NCBI RefSeq assembly: GCF_009914755.1
Contig: NC_060927.1
Origin: the human T2T-CHM13v2.0 reference genome, Homo sapiens
Direction: 5' to 3' (one strand)
Length of the DNA: 64,000 nucleotides
Shown: in pieces, positions 16,211 through 30,400 of the stretch
Numbering within the stretch: the first letter of the stretch is position 1
Layout of the letters: every line of letters begins with the position of its first letter
The notes under the pieces: generated by a model
Database searches by the model: none
What the model saw: the letters and a program-made list of their open reading frames with translations, nothing else
Told to the model about the DNA's origin: nothing
Position numbers and translations under genes: made by a program

Positions 16211-17524
16211 AGCGGTTGGCATTCATTTCAATCTGCAAAGTGTTATTTTTCCCATTCTCTTCCTCTTCTTTCTTCATATGGGAGAGTAAATTGCCCAAAC
16301 ATTCTCGAAAACAATTATATTACAGAATATGTGAATATATTTATGTCCTGTGAATTTTGACATGTAAAATATCATCCTTAGTAACGATGATGATAAGTGC
16401 AATGATGAAAATAATATTGTACGAATAACACTATTGCCCTTATCATTTGTTGCATGCTTATTAAATATCATAGATAAACATCATCTAATTTTGCCATACA
16501 AGAGCTCAATGAAGAACATATTTCCATTCTTAGTTGAAGAAACTAAGATTTATGGTGTAAAAATCTTCCTTAAATTTACATGAAAAAGAGACATTTTGAT
16601 TCAGGTCCATTGATCTAAATTACTGCACAGATTTTTGCGTCTTCAAATCTGTTCATTGCACTATTCTTAAGAAAAAGATGTGGAAAAAAATGTGTGAAAA
16701 ACCTTAAAATGTCCAAAGATAAAAATATTTAAATAAATATTTTATACCAATGCTTAGAACGATAACAATTAATAGGCAAGATATTCAAACTGTAGGAAAA
16801 ATTAGACTTCAAAAGAGCGGAGTAGATGATCACGTTTTAAAGAGAAAAAATAGAGAAAACTGGGAGAAAATAATCTGATATATCAACATTAATTTTTTCT
16901 TGGTTATTTATAACTTTTTTCTTTTAGGTTATTGTAAGGTTCTCCACTCTTCTGTATTAGTCATATATTACCTTTGTACTTAAAGGGAAAAAAGATTTAT
17001 TAAAATGTTGAGGGTTACACTTCTAAAATTAAATGAAGGACAATAAATATGCCAGTTATTTCTCAAGTATTTCAGAGATGATTGATTGTATTTCTATATA
17101 TTTTTAACATTTTATAATTTACATATTTTATTTTTATATTAGATTTTTAGTTTTGTTTTGTTTTTTTGCCAGGCTTTGTGTAGTAACGTTAGGTGTTTTT
17201 ATTTTTCTCTTTTAAATAAGATAACTAGATATAATAATTATTAGTTGAAATATGAAAAATCTAGCCTATTGGGAAAGTTTATAAAACTCTATATAATGTA
17301 AAATTGGTGAGAAAAATTGATTTCATGGGTTACAAATTGGAGTTGACAATTATATAGATTGTTTCTCCACCCTAAAAGATGAGAAAGTTTTTGCTCATTA
17401 ATTTAAATATCTCTATCTCTATTTATGTTGTATACATATATAATTGTATATGTGTTTGTGTGTGTATGTCTATTAATACTGAAAAAGTTAAGTAAGATAA
17501 TTATTAAAAAAATAAAATAATAGC

Positions 17525-19830
17525 TAGATGCTGCAATTCTAGAATGTCAAAGTAATGAGCTTAGTAGACCCTCTCTGCCTTAGTTTGGGGTGCTATAGAT
17601 TTGTGCCTTAAACAGAAAACATGTATTTCCTACATTTCTGCAGACTGGAAGTCTGATATCAGGATGCCAGTATGGTTGGGTTCTGGTGAAGGCCCTCTTT
17701 CATATGGTGGACAGCCAGCTGTATCCTAATTTGGCAAAAAGAGGGTGAACTTTCTGGTCTTTTCTTATAAGGGCACTAATCCCATTTGTGAGGGCTCTAC
17801 CCTCATGACCTAATTATCTCCCAAAGACCTCACCTCCAAATAGTATCACATTGAACATTCAGTTTCAACATATGAATTTTGAGGAAACAGAAACATTCAA
17901 TTCATTCAAACATTTAACAATCCATTCAAATATATAACACTTCCTTTATGAAAACAACAATGTAAGTCCTGATAATTATTTTTTAAATTAACTGGAAATT
18001 GTCCTAAGAGCACACCAAAATGGAGAAATATTCTTTTAAGGAAATCTACTAAATCTTGGTAAAAACAGAGAATCTGTATTATTTGATACATGACCTGCCC
18101 TTTTACCTGCCTCTACCACTCCCCCCAAGCCAAGATCCATATAGGAGCTCGGCTGCAGGTGCTTTAACTCCTGGCAGGTGCACTCAATAAGACAAGGGCT
18201 CCCTGTCTCCTACTAGTCTCTTGTCTGAGCTGTGATTTCATTCTCGAAGGGTCAGAATGCTGGAGTTTCTCATCCTCCTATGTGGCAGAAGCTCCATTCT
18301 AGGCAGGGCTGAGAAGAATGAGGTCTCTTCCCGTACCCAGTCCCACTCATAGGTTAAAAGCTGTACTGGCACATTGGGGTGAAGAAGAAGTCCCAATTAC
18401 CCTACTCTAGCATACTCATAGGGTAGAAGTTTCCACTCCAGGAAAGAGAAGCCAAGACCAGGGGCTGACACTTTTGCAGGCCAATATGCACCATATGTAA
18501 GGGCACTGTTAAAAACAATGGAGATGTTGGTGGAGCACAATTAAAAGGAAGCTAGTAGTTCCATGATACATCAATATCTGAAAGCAATCAGAAGTTTAAT
18601 GGAGACTACCACGAAAATTGACAATCAGGAGAACTCTCCTGGGTCACAGGCAACTCCAGAGTGGTAGCAAGGACGGAGGAGGGAGGTAGGGGTGAGAGAA
18701 TAGCTGTGTATATGCTCTACTAGGTGTTCGCTTACAAAAGCAATTATAGCAGGATGAAACTACTGACCTGAGAGCGTTCCTAAGTCACACAGACTCATCA
18801 ACAGAGGGCAGCAGCCTTAAAGGCAAAAGGGGCCAGTTAAATACAACTTCTGACCAAATCCACAGAAAAGCAAGACAAGGGAACCAGGTGGATGAAAAAA
18901 AATATAAAAGTAACAGAAGACAAATGCCAAGTTCAAATACTAACGTATCACTTACCTTAAATGTGCATGGTCTAAATATACCATTTTAAAGGTTTAGATT
19001 GATGTAATAACATAACAGATAAATGACAAAACAAAACCAAAAAACACAATACAGCTATTTGCTCTTCACAAGTAACTCCCTTCAAATACAATCACATAAG
19101 TAAGGTGAAAGTAAAAGGATGGAAAGCGTGTGCCATGAAAAATTAAACAAGGACAAAAATAAGAGTGGCTACATTAATGTCAGAAAAAGTAGATTTCAGA
19201 GAAAATTACTAGACAAAAAGAACAATATTACACAATGATGAAATGATTAATTCACTCAAAAGACATAACAATTTAAAAGTGTATGCATTAAAAAGTCTCA
19301 AGATACATGAAACATACATTAGTAGAGCTGAAAGGATGCATAGACCAATTTCAGTTTATAATAAAGACCCCACCGGTACACTCTCAGCGACTGATACAAC
19401 TACTAGCCAAAAAATCACCAAGGATATAGAAGATCTGAATAACTCAAGCAATTAATGATTTTGAATTGATGCATATAAACACTCCACAAAACAAGAGAAA
19501 TACACTTTTTTTTCAAGCAACCATGGAACATACTTAAAATGCCAAAAGTGGAGAACAATGTAGTAGTTACCTGGACTAAAGGGCAGACGGGTGGTGGGAG
19601 GGAGGTGAAGGTGGCAATAAAGGGGCTACATGAAAGATCCTTATGGTGATGGAACTAACCTATATTTGGATGATATCAATTTCAATATACTCATTATAAT
19701 ATTGTACTACAGTTTTACAAGATGTTACTATTGGGCAAACTGGGCAACAAGTACATGGGAATGTTTGTATTATTTTTCACAATTATATGGGATCTATAAT
19801 AATCTCAAAATGAAAAGTATAATTTAAAAA
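17525..19830 (+). mobile_element. Old internally deleted L1 (L1MC1/2-like): 5' region, start of ORF2 and 3' end
   Basis: 18920-19530 is a degenerate EN N-terminus (ttaaatgtgcatggtctaaatatacc, about LNVNGLN). 19540-19830 resembles an L1MC 3'UTR (gatccttatggtgatggaact...caagatgttactattggg). Confidence 0.7.
17576..17910 (-). mobile_element. MLT1A/MSTD-type MaLR LTR
   Basis: ctggaagtctgatatcagg...cttataagggcactaatcccatt...ccctcatgacctaattatctcccaaag...tttcaacatatgaattttg. Confidence 0.85.
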
Positions 19831-20259
19831 TAAAGATGCGATAATTTGCTTTCTAAACTAGGAAGAGACTTATCACTCAAGAGATGTGTCTCCGAGAGCT
19901 GAAAGTGGGTTCTGGAAGGCTCATATATTTATATGTGCATGCTTAGGACATGACAAATATTTTATGTTACAGGGGTTTAAGTACTCAATCAAATAATGTG
20001 GTTTTTGTTGTAAGGGTTGTACATTAAAGAAATTCAGAAATTTTTCCCAGTATAGAAATGGGACAAGAATTCCTTATTGAGTCAGAAAAATGAATAAATA
20101 ATCTAATATGGGAAAAGAAGGAAATAGTTACTTCTAGGATTTAAAAAAAGGCAAAACACCTTAACGGTCTTAAAATCAACTTTGATTTCGAAAGTAATGA
20201 TTGTGTTTGAAAGTTTGAGGGTAGAGCATTATTAATATACAACATTACTGATATGAAAG

Positions 20260-20420
20260 ATAGCATATTGTAGAAATAGTGGCATAGATCTCAATTACGG
20301 GCATGTTTGTTTGGATTTTCTAGTTATTGATGGCATGGTCTTAAACATGTAATTAAACCTCTCTAAGCTTCGGTTTCATACAGACAATAATACATCCATA
20401 ACAGTGTTGTTTTGACCTGT
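20260..20420 (+). mobile_element. MIR SINE (degraded)
   Basis: taattaaacctctctaagcttcggtttcat core. Confidence 0.5.
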
Positions 20421-20556
20421 ATCCAGTCAGAAGAGCTAGGTACTTAGCCTGATTTTCTCTTAAGCTATAATATTTTATTTTGAACAAATTTTTCATCATT
20501 TAAATAGACACCAACTTACATTCAAACATTAGTATCAAATTCACTGTGTTAAATTG

Positions 20557-20731
20557 CAGTGGTTCTCAACCTGTCTGTACTCTAGAATCAACTAGAGAGC
20601 ATACAAAAACAGTGACATATTGAACCAACTACAAAGATTATATTTTGACTATTCATGATGGAACTTGCAGGGTAGTATTTTATTTTTAAAGCTTGTCATT
20701 TAATGATAATGATTATTCAGAGCTGAGAAAC
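20557..20731. mobile_element. MER5-type hAT MITE
   Basis: Starts cagtggttctcaacc, ends gctgagaaac (degenerate TIR); ~175 bp. Confidence 0.65.
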
Positions 20732-21269
20732 GTTATGTTAACTTAGCTTTGTGGGATTATACTTTTCCATTGACTTTTGCTTGTCGATTCTTATGTATGT
20801 AATACCAATTAAAACGCATAAAATACTCTAACAATCAATCTGTATGAAGAATATTGTAGTTTTCTGTGATAATTTTTTAGCACAAGAAGTTTAAGTATCA
20901 ACAACTAGTTAAAATATTATTTCCTTCATATTGTTTCATACAGAAGATATAGCCTCAAATAGTTGGGCAAATAGTTGAGGAAATTAAATATATCACTTCG
21001 GAGTTTTACCTAAACTTGCTTCTCCTAATTTTTGCTGGAATATAGAGATGTTCTATTTTTTTACTACAAACTATATTATATTTCCAAGTTTTAGTGACTG
21101 CCTGGAAAATTGTTTCTCTTGAATGAGGCAAACGACTTTCTTTCATTTTATTTTTAAAAAATCTATAATATAAGGTTTTTAATGAGAAACTCAAACACAC
21201 GTTGCCTGCAAACCAATACTAGACCAGACTCAACTCTGGCATATCTCATTCTGTCATATATGTCATATA

Positions 21270-23621
21270 CAGATGTCTCCAACTTGCAATGGTCCAACTT
21301 ATGATTTTTCAACTTTATTGATGGTGCAAAGGGAAAATTTTAATCTTTTCCAGAGCTAATGATATGCAGTACAATATTTTCTATGCTGGGCAGCCGCAGA
21401 AAGCCGCAACTCCAGTCAGCCAAATGATCACAGGATAAACAGCCAATACTCTATGGTGTACTGTGTTGCCAGAATTTTGTAGATATTGTGTTTTGTGATT
21501 TTGCATCTCATCATGTCTGCAAAATGACCATCTGTGCCTCATGCTACCAATGGAACGAAAAAGTGGAAGGAAGGCAATTACTCTTGAGTTGAAACTAAGG
21601 ATAATTTCCCAGCATGCAGGCAGCAAGCCAGCAATGGCCATTGCCTGTGATTTAGGGCTTTTCCCAGTGCATGATCTTGACCATCTTAAGGGATAAGAAG
21701 CAGATCAGTGATGCAATGAAATTATTAACATTGGCTAAATCCACTGTCATCACAAATAAAAGAGCTGGGTCAATTGATAATATGAAAAAATTACTTTCAA
21801 CGTGGATGGAAAACCAGATACAGAAGTTCATGCTGCTTAGCTTACTAACAGTCCAACCTAGGTCAAGAAATGTTTTCTGTATGGTACCTGAGCATGTCAA
21901 TGATCCTACACATACAGAAATGTTTATAACAAGTCATAGGTGGTTCCAACACTTCAAAAGGCATCACATCATAATTTTCAAAATGTGGAGGTCAGCAGTG
22001 AGGCAGCAAATGCCAATACTAAAGGTGCTAAACCTTTTAGGGAGAGATATAAAATAGATGTGGGTGAGAAATATTTGTCAGAACAAATATTTAATGTTGA
22101 TGAAACAAGCTTGTTCTGGAAATTTATGCTGGATTGTCCTTACATTCATCAAGAGTCTAAGACAATGACAGGATTCAAGGGATTCAGACTATATAAGGCT
22201 ACTTTTGGGTGGAAATGTTTCAGAGTTCAAATTAAAGCCTTTCCTAATCTACAACTCAGAGAATTCTAGAGCATTCAAGAATGTGAACAAGCATATGTTT
22301 CTTGTTTATTATTGCCATAACAAGAAAGCCTGGATGGCATCTGCTTGTTTGAAGGGTGGTTTTTGAGCTGTTTTATTCTTTAGGCAAAAGAATATTGTAG
22401 GCAAAACAACATCTTCTTCAAGATTTCTCTGGTTTTAACAATGTCCCAGGGCATCCCTAGCATATAGGTGACTTGCATCCTGGTGGAAGGCTGTGTATTT
22501 GTAACTGAATATACCGCACTCATTTAACCAATGACCAAGGCACAATGGCTACATTCAAAGGATACTATTTACACCAAATACTTTTCACAAACTGTTGAAG
22601 CAACTGAATCTGGCTGAACACTTATAGAGTTTTGGAAACGTTTTGAACAATCTAAATGCTGTCCGAAACATTGCAGCAGCATGGAAATAAGTCAAACAGC
22701 AATGCATGAATGACATTTGGAAGAAAGCTTTGAGACATGTGGACACATCCAAAGGCTTCAACATAGATTCAGCTATTGATGAAATACTATGTAACAAGAT
22801 ATTATTGCTTGTGAAACAGCTAGAATTGAACATTAATGAAGAAGTTATTCATGAACTTGTTGGCATTGAGGCTGAAGAGTTTTCCAGTGAGGAGAAGATC
22901 AAACTGGAGAAAGTAAAGATGTTGAGACAAAGAAAGAAAAGGCATCAAGAAGTTCACAGTGAAGAAACTTGTGGAGGTGTTTGCTACTCTCGGCAATAGT
23001 ACATGAATGTTAGCAAAAATGGACATCAATTCCAAGAAAGTTGCAAGAGCTGACAGGCAGAAACAGGATGCTCTTGCTTGCTATTGAGAAATATATAAAA
23101 ATAAGAAGAAACAAACTCAACATCGAAACTTGCTATCCTCCTAAACAGCACTACACCTACTAAATTATCAAAAAGTGGAGATTCCCAGTGCCTTCTATCA
23201 GCTGTTCTTAAGATTCATTAGAACAGGGAAAAATTAATGAAGCTATTGCTGCAGGACCCCCACCATACAACATTTAATTTTAGTTCAATGCTTCAAACAT
23301 TCTTTAGGTCTTGTGTGCTTTCAGCTGTGTATGCTAATGGTTAGTAACCAAAAAGACATTCTGATTCTCACTTTCATCATAGAGTCCAATAAATTGCAGG
23401 ATACACATGTACTCAACATATTATTTTAAAATAGTTTTTTGTGTTGGGATGATTTTGGCCAAGTGTAGATTAATGTAAGTGTCCTGAGCATGTTTAAGCT
23501 ATGCTGGGCTAAGCTATGATGTTTGGTTGGTTGGATATATTAAACTTATTTTTGTCTTACAGGATTTTCAATTTCTAATGCTTTTGGAAGATGTAATCCG
23601 TAGTAACTTGAGGAATATTTG
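21270..23621 (+). mobile_element. Near full-length Tigger5 (MER47 parent; TcMar/pogo DNA transposon)
   Basis: TA|CAGATGTCTCCAACTT...AACTTGAGGAATATTTG degenerate TIRs; both ends resemble MER47; 2.35 kb; internal transposase remnants. Confidence 0.8.
21512..23150 (+). pseudogene. Pogo/Tigger transposase, multiply disrupted
   Basis: Fragments carry a CENP-B-type HTH (KLLSTWMENQ...WFQHFKRHH) and DDE motif (QIFNVDETSLFWK) in different frames. Confidence 0.85.
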
Positions 23622-24099
23622 TGTATAATTTTGCCTAGATTATTCATATATTTTCCTAGATAATTAAAATGTGACAACAGTGGTTATATTTTAGAGAAGC
23701 CTACATGTCATTATAGTATCATGGGTAGATATATACATTTCCCGCTTTTATAAAACTACATTTGAAGACACTCTCCATGTTTGCTAAAGTCATATACAAA
23801 TAAAAGGCATAATGAATGATGCCATAGTTTAGTTTGGAAGTGGGAAACATTACCTAAAATAATTTACTTTCATCTATAACATTCATCTAAGTTGATGTAA
23901 TTTTTTTTTGCCATAGGTGCAAGGAAGTGCAAATTATAACACATGTAAAATTAGAAAATCTTTGCTACCATGAAATGTCTTTTCTTTTTTCCTTCCTTCC
24001 TTCTCTCTCTATCTCTCTCTTTCTTTCTTTCTCTCTTTCTTTCTTGTTTAGTTGATATTTTCTCACCTTAATATATACCTTCACTGGAATTAGCAGTCT

Positions 24100-25340
24100 C
24101 AGATTTTGTTCAAAGTTCTCAGGATTATATTAAAATTGTATGTGAATATATGTGATATTGTGTAAACAGGTCCATTCTTCATTTTAAGCTAAATTGTTAA
24201 TTCTAGAGCTGATGTCCCTGTTGGCCAACACCCGGTTCTTGGTATCACCACTTGCTACCTCACTTCTCTTACTACCTAGTAGTTGTCAGATGAGTCATCA
24301 TTATTCCAGATTTTGTTGCTTTTCCGCATGTTTATATGCTCCAATAGAAAATATACAGTGTTTTTGTGTGCATGTTTAAACATAAATAAAATACCATACC
24401 TAAGGTTCTTAAACTTTTTAAAAGCTTCTATACTATCTCAGGAGGGTCTGCTAAGAAAATCTATGTACCTCCAAAGTACTAAGCCTCTCTCTCTCTGTCT
24501 CTCTTTCCCTGCCACAGACACATTCATATGCATACACACACACACACACACGTATACACAGTACTATACAGCGTATTCAGTCACTATCATTTAAAAAGTC
24601 ATTTAAGTCAACACATGTGTGAGTTTTATCTGTGGAAGACACAAAGAAATAGAATTTCTGGGTTATTGGAAATTCACGTTTTAATTTTACAGAACACTCA
24701 AATTTGTTCCAAATGGGCTATAAAGTTTAAAATACCATTAGCTTTTCATAAAAGTATCCATCTTACCACAATCCCTTAAACCTTGATTTCAATTTTTTAA
24801 AATATGCGTGTATGATGGTAAATTGTTGTCTCTAAAATCCTCTTGATTATTTCTCAGGATTAGTTTCCTTTCATATAGTCAATGGCTGTTTACATGTTAT
24901 CTTTTGTGCATGGCTGATACATCTCCTTTCACTATGCCTTGTTATTTTGTATGATTTATAACAATTTGATATTAAATCATCTCACTTTTCTTTAGTCTGT
25001 AATATTAATATATTGCATGTTCTCCTGGTTTTTCAAGTACCCATTGACTTTGTCTCATCTTATAGAAGGACAATTGTGATCTAGCATAATCAAGATTTCC
25101 AATTTTTTTTGTATATGCTTTACTACCCCTGTTTAGGAATTCCTTCTCTTCTCCGTGAATATGAGAATGCATATTTTCTGGTAAGATATTTATAGTTTTA
25201 TTGTTTTGTAGAATTAGCGTATTTATATATCTATTTTTTCCTTAATAGTATAATATATAGAATCTAATTTTAGTCTATAAAGATCATAATTGGATTTATC
25301 TTGTTCCTGAAAATAAAAAAAAGATTTTCCACGGAGATAA
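24100..25340 (-). mobile_element. Highly degraded L1ME-type 3' fragment
   Basis: T-rich, with antisense L1 3'-ORF2-like patches (aatagaatttctgggttattgg; tttaggaattccttctc). Confidence 0.45.
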
Positions 25341-25347
25341 AATACCA

Positions 25348-25440
25348 CTAGATAGATCGATAGATAAGTAGTTAGATAATAGATAGATAGATGTATGTAT
25401 ATGTGTATATCTATAGGTATATATACACACATATATATGT
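25348..25440. repeat. (GATA)n/(TA)n degenerate microsatellite
   Basis: Seen directly. Confidence 0.8.
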
Positions 25441-26979
25441 TCCTAATTATATTCATTTAATTATTATGGTGTGTTTATCATTTCTTCAAGTATATATTAA
25501 ATATCAATCATATAAGATATTGTACAATGCATTCCAAGGAAAGTGTTCAATGTCATTATTCTATAAGTTTCCTACTAATGCAATATTCTTCGGGAAATAT
25601 GATACATTTAATTCAGGTTTGAATTATGTTGTGCCTGACTTGTAGATACTTTTAAAATGCACTACTACAGTACATCTCAGTTATTTGTCTTTGCTTTGAG
25701 CTGACTCATCCTGTATATGTCCTGGAATTAATAGTTCTATGAGAGTTGAAAGAGGTTGGAATAAAAAGCAACTGATTTTCAAGATTTAGTTTCCTGTTTG
25801 ATAACCTTATCAGTACACTACCAGATGTTACAGTAATCATTTTCTCCACTGAAGCAGCTGTGACTTTTATGTGGAATACCTAATTGGTCATCATGAGGGC
25901 TATATTACTTTCAGCTGCAGGAAAAGTCATTGAAATTGGATTAAAGTAAGAACTGGGTTATTGCTATATGGGGCCCTAGGAAGCTTTGAGCACTTTTAAT
26001 TGACTTGGAACCAACAAAGAAGAAAAACAGCTAGGTAAGTTCAAATTTGTGTCTGCCCTTCATACTTAGAACATATAAGAAGAGGAAAATCTAGGGAGTG
26101 TTCAAGTTCAAAAACAAATCAATTATAACAATAAGAAATTATTAAAAAATGTGTTCTGAGGTTATATAAAAATAGTTCAGTAAACCTAAAGTAAAATGAA
26201 ACTTATGGAAAGACAACTAAAACTGAGTAGTGCAATAGAGAGGATGGGAAAATAAGTTAATCTATTTTTATTGTACATTTTCTCAAGCCTTATACTAGGC
26301 ACTTTAACGTATAATATCATATTTTATGTTCACAGGAATCAAATAAAATTAAATGGAAGGAGACTGTTCTATGTAGCATCTTCCCAACAACTTTCTCTCA
26401 TTTTTTTCTGGCATGGCTTAACAGAATTAGTTATAACATGAATAGATTTTCTGTCCCTTAGAACCTTAGAATAGTTTGTAAACAGGTTTTTGTCTACATA
26501 GATATAAACATCTGGTGTCTTGAATATTATGCTGCATCTTGTTTTCTAAAATGCATTCACTCTGCAGAAGCAAATAAATGGAGCAATGAGATCAGTTAAG
26601 TTTTAGATAGTCTTTTAAATTATTTACATACCAAGTTCATGCCTATGTAATTCCTTTGTACATAAGTTTCATATGTGTATATGCTATGATGGATTTGAGA
26701 CTTTTAAAATAAAACACATTTTTTTTTAGCAATAGGAAAAATATATTTTATGTAAGTGTCTAATGATATTTCTAATTCCCAGAAAATCAAGTATGGTTTA
26801 AGATTAAAGATGAATAGCAAAAATAAGATTTAGATAGGGGAAAAATCAACTTTATCTTTATTCATATATCCATAGAAAAGTAATTACATTTTTCTGCTCC
26901 AGTGATTGGTAGAAACATCTAGTCATACCAGTCTAAAGAGTACCCTGAGAGCTCTTGATGAAGGTGTTTATTTGGCTGT

Positions 26980-27435
26980 TGCTACGATTTGGATATGATT
27001 TGTTTGTCCCCACCAAATCTTGTCTTGAAACGTGATCTTCAAGGTCGCAGTGTTGGGAGGAGGGACGTAATGAGAGGTGTTTGGGAGCAGATCCTTTATG
27101 AATGAGTCGGTGCTATTTTAGCAATAGTGAGTGAGTTCTCGCTCTTGCAAGATAGGATTGTATGTTGGGAGGAATGGGTTGATTACTGCGAGAGTGGGTT
27201 ATTATAAAGCCAGGATGCCCCTTAAGTTTGGTCTTTCTCTTGCCACATGCTCACTTCCCCTTTAGCTTTCTTTGCCATGTTTTGAAGCAGCACCACAGCC
27301 CTCACCAGAAGCCAGGCAGATGCTGTCACTATGCTTATTGTATAGTGCACAGCATGTAAGCTAAATAAATTCTTTTCTCTATAAATTATCTAGCCTCAGA
27401 TATTTCTTTATTGAAACACAAAATGTACTAAGACA
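26980..27435 (+). mobile_element. MSTB-type MaLR solo LTR
   Basis: tgctacgatttggatatgatttgtttgtccccaccaaatct...aaaatgtactaagaca. Confidence 0.9.
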
Positions 27436-30400
27436 TAATTTTTAATTGGTTATATTGCTTGTGAATATGTCATTTATATAACCTTAAAATGAAAAATAAT
27501 ATAAAATTGCTCATGAAATTTGTAATTGGCTTATATTTCTTTTGTCTTTTGCCAGATTCTAAAGAGATGATTCTTCTAGGAAAAGCCATTTCTACTGTGG
27601 TGACTTTTGACTTGTATCAGTGAAATTGATTAGCAGTGGAGGATATCCCAAGAGTTCATAACCAAAAAATAATCTCTCTTCCCAATCTCCTGGTATTCTC
27701 TTCCAAACAATGAAATCACCTTTTTCACAGCCAACTGAGTCCAGAAACATGAATGTTACAGTGGTCATTTCGCCACTCATACAACTCTTTACCCAATCAG
27801 GAACTGCATCTGGTTATTTATATCTCTGTAATATCTCTCTCTGAGTGTATTTTTTCATCTGAAATATTAAAATAGAATCTTAAACTACTAGCGTTCTTAA
27901 CAGCTTAGTAGCTTCTAATCCAGCCTAACCATTTTTAAAGCATAGGTCATCCCTAGATCCTTTATATTTGCTTAAAAGCACTGGTGATAGAAAATAACCT
28001 TTACTTAACAAAGTTACAAACCCATTTACATTTCATTCAAATTGTTCCAAATATTTTCTCAATCAATCCAGCTGTCTATACTTAGTTTGCTTTATTCTTT
28101 TATGTCCTTGTTACCTTTACATTTGGACTATATGTTTCCTAAACATATCATTTATTTTAAAGGTCCATGCTTCCATCCCATCTGTATCTTTCAAATCTCT
28201 ACTTATTATCCATTGAATTATTTTGCGGCACCTATAGGGTAAACACACATTTATACAGGCACACACAGCTAAAACCAATGTTTATTTTTACTGCACTCCT
28301 AACGTTTTGTTGAGAAATGTGGCTAGTTGAAAGGAAAAAGCTTCTTGAAATAGACATCTCTCTGTTTCTACTTACTAGCTGTAAAAATGGCTGACCCTAA
28401 ATAAATATGTGATTAAAAAGTGATTATATGATTGACTTATAATAAAATTAAACAGCTTATTTAATTATAGAGTTACTTTGAGAAAATAATAGTAACGTTA
28501 GTGTATAAAGAATACTTACAAATATAAAAAAAACTCCAGCATATCTAAACAAAAAATGAAGAGAACATATACAAAACCAAAAACCCATTGTTAATTAGAA
28601 AAAAGTTCAGCTTCACTAACAATAGCACAAATAGGTATTTTCATCAATGACATAGCATATCTTATCTACTGCATCAACTGATAGAACTATAATATTTACA
28701 GCTTAGGTTTGCAAGGTTGAGAGAGGTGACTTTCAGACACGTTTAGTAAGTATGTAAATTGGTAAAACCTTTCTGGAAAGTTATTTTGGAAGATAGAGCC
28801 TTATAAATCAATATTTTCTTTGATCCAGAAGTCTCACTTCAAAAATCCAGTATTTGGAGTCCCCACTGATGCTATCAAATATATATATATATGTGTTTTC
28901 AATGTAGTCTGGAAATAAAAGTTTAACAATGGTCGTATCCTGCTGTGAGAACCATAGGTAGTTTTTAATCTTCAAACTTCTTATGTATTTTCCATAATTA
29001 ATACATTTTAATCCTATATTTGGAAAATAGATGTTAACAAAAAGATGACTTAAGTGTTGTCACATACCTTAATTTTCTTAAAAAAAATCCCAAGAATAAA
29101 GAATAGGAAAAAAGAGGAAGATGAAGCTGCAACGCATAATTGACAATGACAATGTCCATTTAACATGGGAGATGGGAAAAACTTACTAATTCAACATAAA
29201 AGTCTAGCTTGACAGGACTTTTCACCCAAGTCCATATATTCAATTACTTTGTATAAAAATTAAAGCTATAATAATTATGCATAATGAATTGATTTTTATA
29301 TGATACATAAGAAATAATGTTAGTTTTTATTAGCTATGAAAGTAAGTCTAAAGTGTGCCAAAAATGTTTAATTGGCCATAAAATTATATTTTCAGTATTT
29401 GCATTTGCATTAGATACCATCATTTTGCAGTGTCTAATGTAATATCAGAGACTCAAAGATTTAAATAAAAATAGCACAATATCGAACAGTATTTTCTTAA
29501 TTCTCACTGGTTGTAAGTCTCAGAGAATATCTTTTGCTAGCATGACTACACTTATGAAATGAATCTGGATATAATTTTTCTTCCCAGTGATGTAATTTCA
29601 ATTGGCATTTTAATAGAATTAATGCCCTTTACAGTAGCAAATCAGACTGCTTAAATAATTGCTCTACATTGAATTTATGACTTGATAAATAACTGAATTT
29701 GTTGAAACATACAGCTCTATCAACAAATCCTGTATTTTATGAAAATTGCTTGCTTTCTATTTTGACAAAATATATTTAGATACCATCATGTTTCTTGATG
29801 GGAATGAAACAATATTTGAAGCTCAAAATAGTGTTAGGTTTCATGCTGACAGAAGAGATTAAGTAGAAATATCAAGAATATTCATAAACACATTTAATAT
29901 TTCACATTTATGTAGACAGAAATCCATCTGCTATAATAGTCATCTGTGAAAGTAGGCTCAGTTCAGACTATATGTTTGGCTACGTCTACAATTAGTATTT
30001 TTGTTGATGATTAATTTATATGTGGCTATTTTCTTTTTTTTTGTTGTTCAGAAAACACTGGATTCACAGCTTACATATTAATTACTTGCAAGAATGCTCT
30101 GGAAGGGTCCAGTCAATATATTTCTGACAATCAAAATGTTCAGAAACCACCATGCACTACAGGCTTTAGCAGACATATGAAGCAGACACATAAACAATTA
30201 AAACAAAACACATAAAATGAAACAAAACAACAAAAAAAGGCAGGATAGGATGGGGATAGGAAGCATCCTTGGCCCTTGCTAATTGTAGAATAATTCTTGT
30301 ATTCATGGTCCCAAAGGTAATATCCCTACCATGATCCAGATGGAAGCATCTCTTTTCAAAGAGCCTGCAGGAAAGGAAGTCATCTGCTTAATGTTCTTGG

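Noticed and set aside
21512-23150. Domesticated TIGD/CENPB-like gene
   Set aside because: Multiple stops and frameshifts, and TIRs are retained.
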